From assembly GCF_004010195.1 (NCBI RefSeq), contig NC_057719.1, forward strand, positions 3,765,145 to 3,812,918: DNA of 47,774 bases, read 5' to 3'. Below, one piece after another: positions 25,250-36,794 of this stretch (the first letter of the stretch is position 1; every line of letters begins with the position of its first letter). This DNA comes from Chiloscyllium plagiosum. Its lineage: Eukaryota. Made by a program: the position numbers and the translations under genes. The notes beneath the pieces were generated by a model. It saw only the letters and a program-made list of their open reading frames with translations. It made no database searches and had not been told where the DNA came from.

Positions 25250-27199
25250 TATATAGCGTTCTACATCTTTAATTTCTAGATATCTATTGATCTCTGTCTT
25301 GATGACTGAGCCTTTTGGGTAGGGAATTTCAAACATTTATCACCCACTGAGTGAAGAAATCCATTTTCATCTCAGTCCTTAAAATTTGGACACTTATTCC
25401 AAAATGATGGCACTTGGTCCTATAGCCCCGAGTCAGGTGAAACATTCTTCCTGCATTGAATGAAAGCAAAGTTTTACAGATACTAGAAATCTGAACTAAA
25501 AGCACAAAATTCTGGAGAAACCCAGCTGATCTGGCAGCATCTGTGGAAAATAAAAACGAGTCAATGTGTCAAATCCACATTGGATTGGGTTGGGAAAGTA
25601 TGGTTTTCCTGCTGCTGACAAAAAGGGAGGAGGAGGAGGAGGAGGACTGATTGAAACAGATGATGAGGGTGTCCAAAGCAGAGTGCTAATAGTGGAAGAG
25701 GAAAGATGTAGATGAAGAGTAGATGTTAATAACAGAAAATAGATCAGCTCTGCTGAAAGCAAACCATGCAAAATACTAATGGAGAAAAAGAGGGTTTCGT
25801 CAAGATAAAGGGCAGCGTTCATGCTGTGGAGTTGCTGAATTCAATGTTGAGTCCTACAGACTATAAACTGCCGAAGCAGAAAATGAGTCACTGATCCTTC
25901 AGCTTGTCCTCACTGCTACAGTCTATGATGGAAATGTTAGCAACAAAGATGGTTTGTTGAAATCGCAAGCATCTGGAAGTTTGGATTCCTTCTTATGGTG
26001 GAATGGAGATACAGGAGGATTAAATGTCCATGGTGAAGAAGAGGAGGTTAGGCCTGGGAAACCCCGGAAATTGTAGAATCAGTATAAAGAAGCAGAAAAT
26101 TGGGACGAGGCGAGAGAATGAAAACCAGTAAAGGCAAGGTAGGATGAAAACAGCTCAGTGGCTAGGAACATGTAGCTGTGTGTGCACAGCCTAGTATCCT
26201 ATACAATCAGATTATTAATTCGCCTCTTTGGATTTAACAATATCAATTCTAAAATAGCTTGATTTCTTGTTGGTTCCTCAACATACAGTTTGAGAAAATT
26301 ATTTCATATACATTCGGGGAATTTGTCTTCCACAGCATTAGTACTAATTAGATTTACCCAGTTTATATGAAGACTGAAGTCCCCATGATTGCTGTGTTGC
26401 CTTTGTTACATGGACTTTTAATTTCCTGATTTATACAAAGACATGCAAAACTACTGCTGTTGGGTAGGTGCTGTGCTTAGGTCACAAAGGTTGCTACTCC
26501 TTGCTGTTTCTTAGCTCCACTCAAACAGAACTTACATCCTGATGTTCTGATTTAACATCCTTATTCCCTAATGTAGTGATGTCACCCTTTATTAACAATG
26601 TTCACCAATCCTTTATTTCATTTGTTTTTATCTGTCCTTCATAAATGAAAAATAGCCTCAAACACCCAGTTTCCAGCCTTGACCACCCTACCACCACATG
26701 TCTGTAACGCCAATACAATCAGACCTGTTTATTTTGATTTATGTCATCAATTTACGAAATGTCTTGCAAATACTTTCAGACAGAGTGCTTTAAATTATGT
26801 CATTTTATTCTTTTCACAACCTCTAGCCTCATCTGGACTTTAATTTGAATTACCGGCTGATCTCCAGTCGTGATGACTCTGAGGACATATTATTTTTTTT
26901 AAGATTTCATTATTTCCATAAGTGTCATAACAAGCAAAATGGTACAGAAAATAAGTGTGAAAGGGAAACTGTCATGAGGAAAGTGTTAGAACAAGTAAGT
27001 GTGAAAAGGAAATTAAGGACATGTGATAAAAGTGTTACAGAGATGCTTAATAAACATATCTTTCCATAAATATTCAGAAATGAGGTAAAAGGTCAGTATT
27101 CACAGTAAGAAGACCCAGAAGATATGCACAGAAAGAAACACACTGTAAAAGATCTAAATTAAAATAAGTTCAACAATATTTATAAAACAGATGTCATAC

Positions 27200-27370
27200 A
27201 TTCAGAGCTTTTGGCAGTCAGTGGGCTATCTCTGTCATTCCATTCTTCATCTGATTCCTGCAAGAATTCTTCGATTTCATCTTCATAATAATTTCCCGTT
27301 GAGGATAGAAAGAAATGGTTCTTATGCTTCACTTTAACTCCCATATCTCTTTGATGGGCCTTCTGTTGAG
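27200..27370 (-). CDS. AGBL3: Probable AGBL3 N-terminal exon (171 bp, acidic tract), with an internal ATG at 27344
   Basis: Acceptor gatatctttag|CT and donor AAT|GTATGA. Open frame QQKAHQRDMGVKVKHKNHFFLSSTGNYYEDEIEEFLQESDEEWNDRDSPLTAKSSE. The acidic stretch and LTA recall the human AGBL3 N-terminus. The phase-1 join T|GG to the 20344 exon is in frame. Confidence 0.65.
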
Positions 27371-28245
27371 CTAAAGATATCACAAGCAACAAATAATTCT
27401 ATGAGTGACTATTACATTTGCCTAGATAAATCTTTAGGTTTTGTCAAATAATTCCCTTTGGGTGAGTCCACAATTGTGTGGATTGCACGTGGTCACTGAA
27501 AGGAATGAGTTTGATGAGCCAACTACGTTTTTTTTGTACCATCATAATAAACTTGAAAATGAAAAGCATTCTAACATAGTTACTCTCTATCTGTCAAGTG
27601 CTTCCCAACATCAAACATCAAGAATAGGCAGAGATTCCACCCAAAGAGGTATCAAATATCCCTGACATGAAACACATAGAAATCCCATTCCCCCCACTCC
27701 CGCCCCCATTCCCATGTCAAATATATGGAATATCCTGTTTCTAAATTCCTTTATTACTGAATGCACAGAGTGTTCAGTGTTAGGCAATGATAGCTCATGG
27801 GGTACTATCTACATTTGTGTGCAGATTATAACAGTCTAAGTCTAGGCAATAGCCTAATGCTTTTATTGCTAAACTACCAGTCAAAAGACCCAAGTAATCT
27901 TCTGGTGTCAGGTTCAAATCCTACCATGGCAGATGATATAACTTGAATTCAAAAAAATCTGGAGTTAAGAGTCTAATGAAAACCATGAATTTGTTGTCAG
28001 TTGCTGTTAGAAACCCTTCGATACATTAATGTCCTTTAGGAAAAGAAAGTCCCATCTGTACCTGGTCTGGCCTATATGTATTTACCAACACCTTCCACCC
28101 CAACCTCAAATTCACCTGGACTGTCTCAAACTCCTCCCTCCCCTTCCTAGACCTTTCCATTTCTATCTCGGGCGACCGAATCAACATGGACATTTACTAT
28201 AAACCGACCGACTCCCCCGGCTACCTCGACTACACCTCCTCCCAC

Positions 28246-28988
28246 NNNNNNNNNNNNNNNNNNNNNNNNNNNNNNNNNNNNNNNNNNNNNNNNNNNNNNN
28301 NNNNNNNNNNNNNNNNNNNNNNNNNNNNNNNNNNNNNNNNNNNNNNNNNNNNNNNNNNNNNNNNNNNNNNNNNNNNNNNNNNNNNNNNNNNNNNNNNNNN
28401 NNNNNNNNNNNNNNNNNNNNNNNNNNNNNNNNNNNNNNNNNNNNNNNNNNNNNNNNNNNNNNNNNNNNNNNNNNNNNNNNNNNNNNNNNNNNNNNNNNNN
28501 NNNNNNNNNNNNNNNNNNNNNNNNNNNNNNNNNNNNNNNNNNNNNNNNNNNNNNNNNNNNNNNNNNNNNNNNNNNNNNNNNNNNNNNNNNNNNNNNNNNN
28601 NNNNNNNNNNNNNNNNNNNNNNNNNNNNNNNNNNNNNNNNNNNNNNNNNNNNNNNNNNNNNNNNNNNNNNNNNNNNNNNNNNNNNNNNNNNNNNNNNNNN
28701 NNNNNNNNNNNNNNNNNNNNNNNNNNNNNNNNNNNNNNNNNNNNNNNNNNNNNNNNNNNNNNNNNNNNNNNNNNNNNNNNNNNNNNNNNNNNNNNNNNNN
28801 NNNNNNNNNNNNNNNNNNNNNNNNNNNNNNNNNNNNNNNNNNNNNNNNNNNNNNNNNNNNNNNNNNNNNNNNNNNNNNNNNNNNNNNNNNNNNNNNNNNN
28901 NNNNNNNNNNNNNNNNNNNNNNNNNNNNNNNNNNNNNNNNNNNNNNNNNNNNNNNNNNNNNNNNNNNNNNNNNNNNNNNNNNNNNNNN
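28246..28988. other. Assembly gap (743 N)
   Basis: Run of N. Confidence 1.
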
Positions 28989-29020
28989 TTTTATCTTAGC
29001 CTGCTGGGCACACTTTCCTC

Positions 29021-29056
29021 ATTCCTGAAGAAGGGCTCATGCCCGAAACGTCGATT
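29021..29056 (+). ncRNA. Minimal type I hammerhead motif in a PLE pLTR, intact core
   Basis: attc CTGAAGA a gggc-tcat-gccc GAAA c GTC gatt. Stem I is weak. Confidence 0.6.
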
Positions 29057-29397
29057 CTCCTGCTCCTTGGATGCTGCCTGACCTGCTGCGCTTTTCCAGC
29101 AACACATTTTCAGCTCTGGCCTATATGTATTCCAGACACACAGCAACATGGCTGTCTCTTAATGCCCTCTGAGCAATAAATGCTGGGTAAACCAGCGACA
29201 CCCCACCTCCAGTGAAAGAATTCTTAAAAATGGGATATGGGCCAGGTGCTGGCAGGTGGGACTAGATTGGGTTGGGATATCTGGTCGGCATGGACGGGTT
29301 GAACCGAAGGGTCTGTTTCCATGCTGTACATCTCTATGACTCTATGACTGACCATAGTATGTGAATGGAATGAAACAATGATAGGCTGTTCACATAC

Positions 29398-29506
29398 CCA
29401 GGCAGAGATAAACTTTAAAACTTCGTAACCACTGGAAGTGCAACTTTATCTTTCTTTCACTGAATGGTTTTACTAACAGCACAGATTTATGACACATGTA
29501 ACTAAC
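29398..29506 (-). CDS. Candidate upstream AGBL3 exon (109 bp; coding or 5'UTR)
   Basis: Acceptor ctccttgcag| and donor TGG|GTATGT. Fully open frame VSYMCHKSVLLVKPFSERKIKLHFQWLRSFKVYLCL ends in phase 1, in frame with the 27370 exon. No homology recognised. Confidence 0.35.
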
Positions 29507-30164
29507 CTGCAAGGAGTTCTGGAAAATGTTTCCTCATATATCGGACATATATATCTTCAGCCTATCAAGAGAGAGACAGCATGACTTTTTACGACATGTT
29601 CAACCAATATTTGTGTTTATCATAGTGAAAGAGTTGGGAACAAGAAACTGGAATCAAACTCAGAAAAGGCATTCAAAAGCCAGGTACTCCAGTGCCCCAT
29701 CAATCAGTACAAGGCAGGTAGAGCAAGGTCGAGGGTTGGGAGTGTGGTGCTGGAAAAGCACAACATGTCAGGCAGCATCTGAGGAGCAGGACAGTCGAAG
29801 TTTCAGGCAAAAGCCTTTCATCATGAAATCTCCAGCATCTGCAGTCCTCACTTTCGCACAGCAAGGTCTAGTACAGAGGAAGGTTCTCCCTTTACATTGA
29901 ACCTAACACTGTCAGGTCAGGAACAACTCGGTTTTAGATACAGAGTAAAGCTTGCTTTGTGATATGTATTTTACATGTTTCAGAGTTATGCAGAGATGAT
30001 ACACAATCTTCTATATTTTATTCAGTGCTTCAACATATCTGCTCTACGTTCCTAGCAGTTGGCTATAGTTTGTTCATATTTCTGTGACCACACAAAGCAT
30101 AATTAATCAAACAAACTCAGAACAATTAAGACCACAATAAAAACTGTTGAGTCAAATGATCCCA

Positions 30165-30372
30165 TGCAGGGTATAGCATGGGTTGGATACAGAGTAAAGT
30201 GAGTTACTGGAGTAGGAATCAAAGTAAAACCCCAATTTACATTGTCCCCATCAAATGCTCCAAGAACAGGTTAGATACAGAGTGAAGCTTCCTCTACACT
30301 GGCCCCATCAAACACTCCCAGGAAAGAGACAGCATGGGGTTAGATACATAGTAAAGCCCCCTTTTCCACTGC
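30165..30372. repeat. Degenerate ~70-bp tandem repeat (gttagatacagagtaaagct...ctacactgtccccatcaaacactcccagg); related pieces at ~29680-29955
   Basis: About three imperfect units visible. Confidence 0.7.
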
Positions 30373-30442
30373 CCAGTTGGTGCACGGAGGGTCAAACTGC
30401 GCCAGTTTGACAGCTCACATTTCCCACAAAAGTCTGAAACTG

Positions 30443-30649
30443 TTTCAGAGGCAATAAATCTTGGATTCTTAAAAACTGAAGAATTTTTCATCTTGAGCTG
30501 CATGAACTTGGACAAAGGACAATGAGCCAACTCTCCAAATAACTATTGATATATCAGAGAGTTGGCTCATTGTCCTTTGTCCAAGTTCACGCAGCCCAAG
30601 ATGAAAAATTCTTCAGTTTTTAAGAATCCAAGATTTATTGCCTCTGAAA
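30443..30649. repeat. Long inverted repeat: 93-bp arms (30443-30535, 30557-30649), 21-nt spacer, 2 mismatches
   Basis: Direct reverse-complement comparison of the arms. Confidence 0.95.
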
Positions 30650-30753
30650 AAGTATCAGGCCAATTCCTAGTTGCGCTATGATACAAAATATCTCTATATA
30701 TACCTAAACAAATCTCTTTGCCATTTTAAACAGCTCAGTTAGATTATCCTTCA

Positions 30754-30901
30754 GGAGAAAGTGAGGTCTGCAGATGCTGGAGATCAGAGCTGAAAATGTG
30801 TTGCTGGAGGTCAGCAGGTCAGGCAGCATCCAGGGAACAGGAGAATCGACGTTTCGGGCATAAGAAGGGCTTATGCCCGAAACGTTGATTCTCCTGTTCC
30901 C
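30754..30901. mobile_element. pLTR-only insertion with head-to-head inversion and 14-bp TSD; a further pLTR follows at ~30925-31020
   Basis: TSD tagattatccttca at 30740-30753 and 30902-30915. Confidence 0.85.
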
Positions 30902-31354
30902 TAGATTATCCTTCAACCTGCTAATATTCCTGATGAAGAGCTTTTGCCCGAAACGTTGATTTCGCTGCTCCTTGGATGCTGCCTGAACTGCTGTGCTCTT
31001 CCAGTACCGTTAATCCAGAATAAGGAAATGCAATGTACAACTTGTCCCAAACTGGACTTTTTAACATCCCAGAATGATCTCATTGCTGGTGAATCAATTT
31101 CTTAGACCTTCGTGAGGGTCCCTGTCAAAAACTGAACACAATACATCAGATGGTGCCTAACCAAGGCTCTGTATCATTGTACCTCTTTAATATCTACCCA
31201 CCTTGAGATAATGATGAACATGATACCTGCAATGTGAAAGGTAAAGGCAAGGTAAAGTCATGATTAGCCTACCATCAGGCTTCTCTCTCATTACAGAAAG
31301 ATGACTGATGGTGGTTTAACCTGAGGGTCACCATGCTTCAGGTGAGGGGAGAGC

Positions 31355-32490
31355 ATTGAGTACAGGAGTTGGGGCATCATTTTGCAACTGTACAGGATAT
31401 TGGGTTAGGGCACTTTTGGAATACTATGTACAATGCTGGTTGCCCTGCTATAGGAAGAATGTTGTTAAACTGGAAAGGGTACATAAAAAGTTTACAAGGA
31501 TATTGCTGAGGCTGGAGGGGTTGAGCTACAGCAAGAGGTTAAATAGGCTGGAGTGTGGGATGACCTCATAGAGGTTTAATAAAATCATGAGAGACATAGG
31601 TAAGGTAAATAGCCAAGGTCTTTTTCCAAGGGTAGGTGAGTCCAAAACTAGAGGGCATGGGTTTAGGGTGATAGGGGAAAGATTTAAAAGGGAACTGAGG
31701 GACAACTTTTTCCACACAGAGGGTTGTGCATGTATGGAATGAGCTGTCAGTTAGTAGAGACTGACACAATTACAACAGTCAAAAACATTTGGACAGGTAT
31801 ATGATAGAAAAGGTTTAGAGGGAATAAAAACTAAAAGAACAGTGGATGCAGGAAATCAGAAACAAAAACAGAAATTGCTAGAAAAGCTCAGCAGGTCTGG
31901 CAGTATCTGCGGAGAGAAATCAGAGTTAACATTTTGGGTCAGGTGACCCTTCCTCAGAACATGTTTAGAGGGATATGGACAAATGCAGGTAAATGGTACT
32001 AAGTCAGTTTAGGATATCTGGCTAGCGTGGATGAGGTAGACCAAAGGATCTGTTTCAGTAATGTATGACTGTGTGGCTAGGTCTTTGAATTCTGGAGTTT
32101 AGAAGACTCAAGGATGACTTAATTGAAACATATGAAATCCTAAGGGGAACTGACTGAGTAGATGTGGAAAGGATGATTCCTCATTGTGGGGCTGGGGTGA
32201 CTCTATAACTAGGGGTCATTGTTTAAAAGTAAGGGATGCCCATTTAAGACAGAGATAAGGGAACATTTTTTTCGTCCAGGGGGTTGAGAATCTTTGAAAT
32301 GCCCTTCCTCAAAAAGCCAGTGAATGTAGAAACTTTGAGTATTTTTATGGCAGAGGTAGATAGATTCTTGACAACAAAGGTGATGAAAGATTATTTTGAA
32401 AACAGAATGTCGAGTTGAGGTTAAAATCAGATCAGCTATGATCTTATTGAATGAAGGAACAGGCTGGAAGGGCTGAGTGGCCTACTCTCA
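31355..32490 (+). mobile_element. Two CR1 3' fragments with a nested pLTR (~31825-31960, -)
   Basis: LEYYVQCW..LERVHKKFTR and CR1 3'UTRs. Confidence 0.8.
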
Positions 32491-33418
32491 TCCTTTGTTG
32501 AGACATTTGTATTTCATTCACCTTCTTGATTACTGTGTAAACAAAATAATTCAGCCCTAAGCTTGTTCCAGCCCCCATCTATACATCAGGATCGTTGTTG
32601 CAGTTCACATGGAAATCATTTTGTTGCTTCAATTTTGTAACAATTCAGTCAGACATTAGAGATAACTCTGCCGTGGTTCATTATACAGTGGTATCTTGAC
32701 GGTTTGGTTAGTTTGGTGGTGATCTGACCCATATTAAGTCCTCAACCAACACCTCAAATCAGATTCTGTCATTGTTATCTTTTGGCTTGTGAGAGCTGCC
32801 TGCAGATCAATTGGGCTGCTGTATATTCCAGAAAGGGTTAATGCTAATTGTGTGATTTTTTAAAAATGAGATAGTGTGCATCATCACAGGAAATGATGCA
32901 ATGTCACAAGATTGCTTGCTGTCCTGTAGTACATAAAGCCGCCATCATATGTTTCTTAAATAAAATTAATGTTTTCCTTACCTCAGATATGTGCAAATAT
33001 TCTTTAGCAACATAATAAGACCAAGAATATTTCATCACATTTGCCTCATTTCATCAGTGACTACACTTCAAAATACTTCATCATTAGGTGTAAGTCACTT
33101 CTGGACATTTATGGGTTGTGGGAAAAGTGATATATATATATGTTAGTTATTTCATTCTAGGTGCTGGGACAATATACTTACAAAGTCAGCTTCCTCCATG
33201 GTCACAGATGGGACTATTCCAGCTCTTGCCTGTTTAAAATGTCCTTCTTTTGTTGTGCTAATTGACCTAGGTCAGGCCACATTCTTTAAACCTAAAAAGT
33301 TCAGATCCATTATCTGCTTGAATATAAGGTGCTGGGGTTGGTAATGAGAGAGTCAGGCCAGTTGGAGCAGATAAAAACCATCAATAAACTCTGCCCTCTT
33401 TGATGCATTTCCATTTTT

Positions 33419-33503
33419 GATTGGCTAACAAAACTTACTAAGGCAGCTACCACTGAAGTCAGAGGTTTTGCTGTTGCCATAGAAACCATATTTAACCAAT
33501 CAG
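33419..33503. promoter_or_regulatory. Candidate AGBL3 promoter: RFX X-box between two NF-Y CCAAT boxes
   Basis: GTTGCCATAGAAAC (33473-33486), GATTGGCT (33419-33426), AACCAATCAG (33494-33503). Minus-strand donor TTA|GTAAGT at 33439/33438. Non-repetitive sequence upstream of the first coding exons. Confidence 0.6.
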
Positions 33504-33809
33504 AAAGCACATTCATGTTAAGCAATTCATTGTTACACACATTACCTGAAATAGAGGCACTTATGAATTCTGCAAGTTGCATTGTCTACTGTAAGCAGAA
33601 AGCATCTCTCCTGATTAGCTTGATTTGTGAAATCACTTTGTGGTGCATATATGAATCATTCTGTGATGATCATGGAGTCAATCCTTCTCAGTGCCAAGTT
33701 GATCAACCTCAGCTAAGGAGAGAAGGAATAAGGCTGAGGAGAGAATAAAGTTAACCAAGCTCTGTATTTCAGCCTGTTGATTGGTGGTCTTACCAATCTC
33801 TGCTTTATT

Positions 33810-34185
33810 CAGTAACACTCTCACCTTTATATCAGAGGGTTGTAGCCTCAAATTCCACTCTATAGACTCAAGTGGACATTGTTGGAGCACTGAGGGTGTA
33901 CAGCTCTGGCAGAGGTAGCATCTTCCAGATAAGACAATAAACCAAGATCCTAATTTCTTTCTCAAACTGAAATAAATGTTCTAAGAAATCATGGTTTTCT
34001 CTCACTGACATGCAGGCCAATATTTACTCTTCATGAACATCACAAAAACAGATTGTTACCTTATGTGGAACTGCATAGCATGAAAATTAACTGCAGTGTT
34101 TCCTCTCCTCAGAATTCAAAATTTCTTCAATGGCTGCCAATGTGTTTTTCGAAACCCTGAACTCTTGAAATATTTTAAATAGATG
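33810..34185 (+). mobile_element. Old Deu-SINE; further Deu remnants at ~32670-32830 and ~33035-33145
   Basis: tRNA-like head, then gcactgagggtg..gaggtagcatcttccagataagac...ggccaatatttactcttca..aacatcacaaaaacagatt, matching the recalled Deu domain. Confidence 0.6.
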
Positions 34186-35931
34186 TGATTTTTTTTTCTG
34201 CAAAGTTGAACTATAAATGATGAGAGCAAGGGTCATAGTTGCCCTGATTGTGAAATCAAACCAATCACAATTGATTTTCTATTCATTCTTGGAATGTGAC
34301 ATCACTGGCTGTGAAGACAGCATATCCCATCAAGCCTTGCAGCCATTGACTCCACCTATACTCCATCATCAAAGACCCTTCCAACCCCGGTTTTACTGTT
34401 TTCCACCATCTTCTGTCAGGTAGAAGACATAAAACTTTGAGTACATATTCTAACAGATTCAAGAACAGCTTCTTCCCCAATGTTATCATACTTTTGAATA
34501 AACCTCTTAAATGTTAAAGTTGATCCGGCCATCTACTCTGTTACTCTGATGCACTTGTATAGAACGATCTGCTTGCAAAGCACAGACGACAATAAATTTC
34601 ACCGTACCACAGTACACATGACAGTAATAAATCAAATCAAATTAAATCATTTGTTACTCTTTCCTACTTGGCCTCGTGAAGGTGGTGTGTTTTACCTCCT
34701 TCTTGAACCACTGCAGCCCATCTGGGATTGGTAAACCCATGGTGCCATTGGGAGGGGATTTTGACCCAACAACATTGAAGGAAGAAATCAACTAGGCAGA
34801 GGTGGATACTGTAGATGCTGGAGATTAGAGTCAAGATTAGAGTGGTGCTGCAAAAACACAGCAGGTCAGGCAGCATCCGAGGAGCAGGAACATTGAAGGA
34901 ACACTATATACTTCTGAGTTAGGACAGAGAGACTCCGTGTGAAAGGGTATTTGCAGATAGATGGGGTCCCCATTTCCCTGTGGCATTTGTTCTTTTAGGT
35001 GGTAGAAGGCATAACTTGTTTTGTATTCGTGCAAGAGCTGTGAGAATTGCTGCTTAGGGTATTTATGGCCCATCTTAATTACCCAGCAGGCAATTAAGGA
35101 TCAACCAAGATGCTGTGGGTCTGGAGTCACATGTAGGTTTGTGCAGGGATGGATGTGCAGATATTTTATGACAATTTATTTTTATTCATTTGTGGATGTG
35201 GACATTGCTGACTGGGCCAGCATTTATTGCCCATCCCTAGTTGCCTTTGAGATGGTGGGGGTGAGCTGCCTTCTTGAATCACTGCAGTCTATATGGTGAA
35301 GGTAAATCCACAATGCCTTTAGGGAGGGAATTACAGGATTATGACCCAGCGACAGTGAAGGAACGGTGATGTATTTCCAAATCAGGATGGTGAATGGCTT
35401 GGAGGGAACTTGCAGGGGGTGGTGTTCCCATGTACCTGCTGCCCTTGTCCTTCTAGGTCATAGTGATCATGGGTTTGCAACATGCTAACTCTGGCTCTTT
35501 GGTGATTTTCTGAGGTGCATCTTGTAGATAATACACACTGCTGCTACTGAGCATCGATGGTGGAGACTTGTGAATGTAATGCCAATCAAGCAGGCTGCTT
35601 TGTCTTGGATGGTGTTGAGAGGGTAGTGCTGGAAAAGCACAGCAGGTCAGGCAGCATCTGAGGAGCAAGAGAATCGATGTTTCAGGCAAAAGCCCTTCAT
35701 CAAGATGGTCCTGGATGATGTCAAGCTTCTTGAGTGTTGGGGCTACACCCATCCAGGCAAGTGCAGAGTATTCCATCACATTCTTGACTTGGTGCCTTGT
35801 AGACAGATTTTGGGGACAGGTAAGTCAACTTTTTAACTCCAGATATTTACTGAAGTTAAATTTCACCATCAGCCCAATTGAAATGCAGCACAAAATATTA
35901 GCTTAAGTTTGCTGTTCCAGTGACATTACCA

Positions 35932-36022
35932 TCCTGAAGAAGGGCTTATGCCCGAAAAGTCGATTCTCCTGTTCCCTGGATGCTGCCTGACCTGCTGCGC
36001 TGTTCCAGCAACACATTTTCAG
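35932..36022 (+). mobile_element. 91-bp pLTR-only insertion starting at the hammerhead, 14-bp TSD
   Basis: TSD cagtgacattacca at 35918-35931 and 36023-36036. The insert starts tcCTGAAGAAGGGCTTATGCCCGAAAAGTC. Confidence 0.85.
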
Positions 36023-36477
36023 CAGTGACATTACCACTATACCAGATCACCACTATCTACCCAATTAATGAAAATTAGAAACACAACAAAAATTGCTGGA
36101 AAAATCAGCAGGTCTGGCACCACCTGTGGAGAGAAAGCTGTGTTAAGAATTCAGATTTAATGATCCTTCTTCAGAACAGGTTAGATGTTTAAGGAGTGTC
36201 AAGTAAACCTACTTGTCCTGCATCATGTTGAGTTTCTTGAGTGTTGTTGAAGTTTTTCTCCCCCAGCAGTGGGCAGAATTCCATCACACTCCCAACTTGC
36301 ACCTTGTGGAATATAGTCACGCTTTGAGGAGTCTGGAGTGATTTGCTCCAGGTAGTGAGGGGCAGAACGGGAACCAACTTTCTGCACTGAAATAAACCTT
36401 CCAAACAAGCACTGCCTAAGCAAACAACCATGGCTTCAATCTGCTCTTCTGCATAACAGCTAGGAAAAGGTTAGCTC

Positions 36478-36787
36478 AGATTAGATTACTTACAGTGTGG
36501 AAACAGGCCCTTTGGCCCAACAAGTCCACACCGCCCCGCCGAAGCGCAACCCACCCATACCCCTACATTTACCCCTTACCTAACACTACGGGCAATTTAT
36601 CATGGCCAATTCACCTGACCTGCACATCTTTGGACTGTGGGAGGAAACCGGAGGACCCGGAGGAAACCCACGCAGACACGGGGAGAACGTGCAAACTCCA
36701 CACAGTCAGTCGCCTGAGGTGGGAATTGAACCCGGGTCTCTGGCGCTGTGAGGCAGCAGTGCTAACCACTGTGCCACTGTGCCGCCC
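36478..36787 (-). mobile_element. HE1-like V-SINE, young
   Basis: Intact CpG-rich copy. Confidence 0.9.
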
Positions 36788-36794
36788 ACAATTT

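Larger units (their letters stand above)
28083..29114 (+). mobile_element. Penelope-like element spanning the assembly gap, 17-bp TSD
   Basis: RT thumb FHPNLKFT...LPFLDL...DIYYKPTDS.GYLDYTSSH before the gap and pLTR after it. TSD tctggcctatatgtatt at 28066-28082 and 29115-29131. Confidence 0.88.

Noticed and set aside
26854..26878. 25-nt micro-exon candidate (cag|...CCG|GTAATT, minus strand)
   Set aside because: No polypyrimidine tract, and it gives a stop when joined to the 27200 donor.
28186..29028. 280-aa ORF
   Set aside because: Almost entirely N gap. The flanks are Penelope RT and pLTR.
30165..30372. Spaced repeats resembling a CRISPR array
   Set aside because: Eukaryotic degenerate tandem repeat: the intervening parts are themselves repeated and there are no cas genes.
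36720..36787. tRNA-like A/B boxes in this and the other V-SINE heads
   Set aside because: SINE heads continuing into the V-domain, not tRNA genes.
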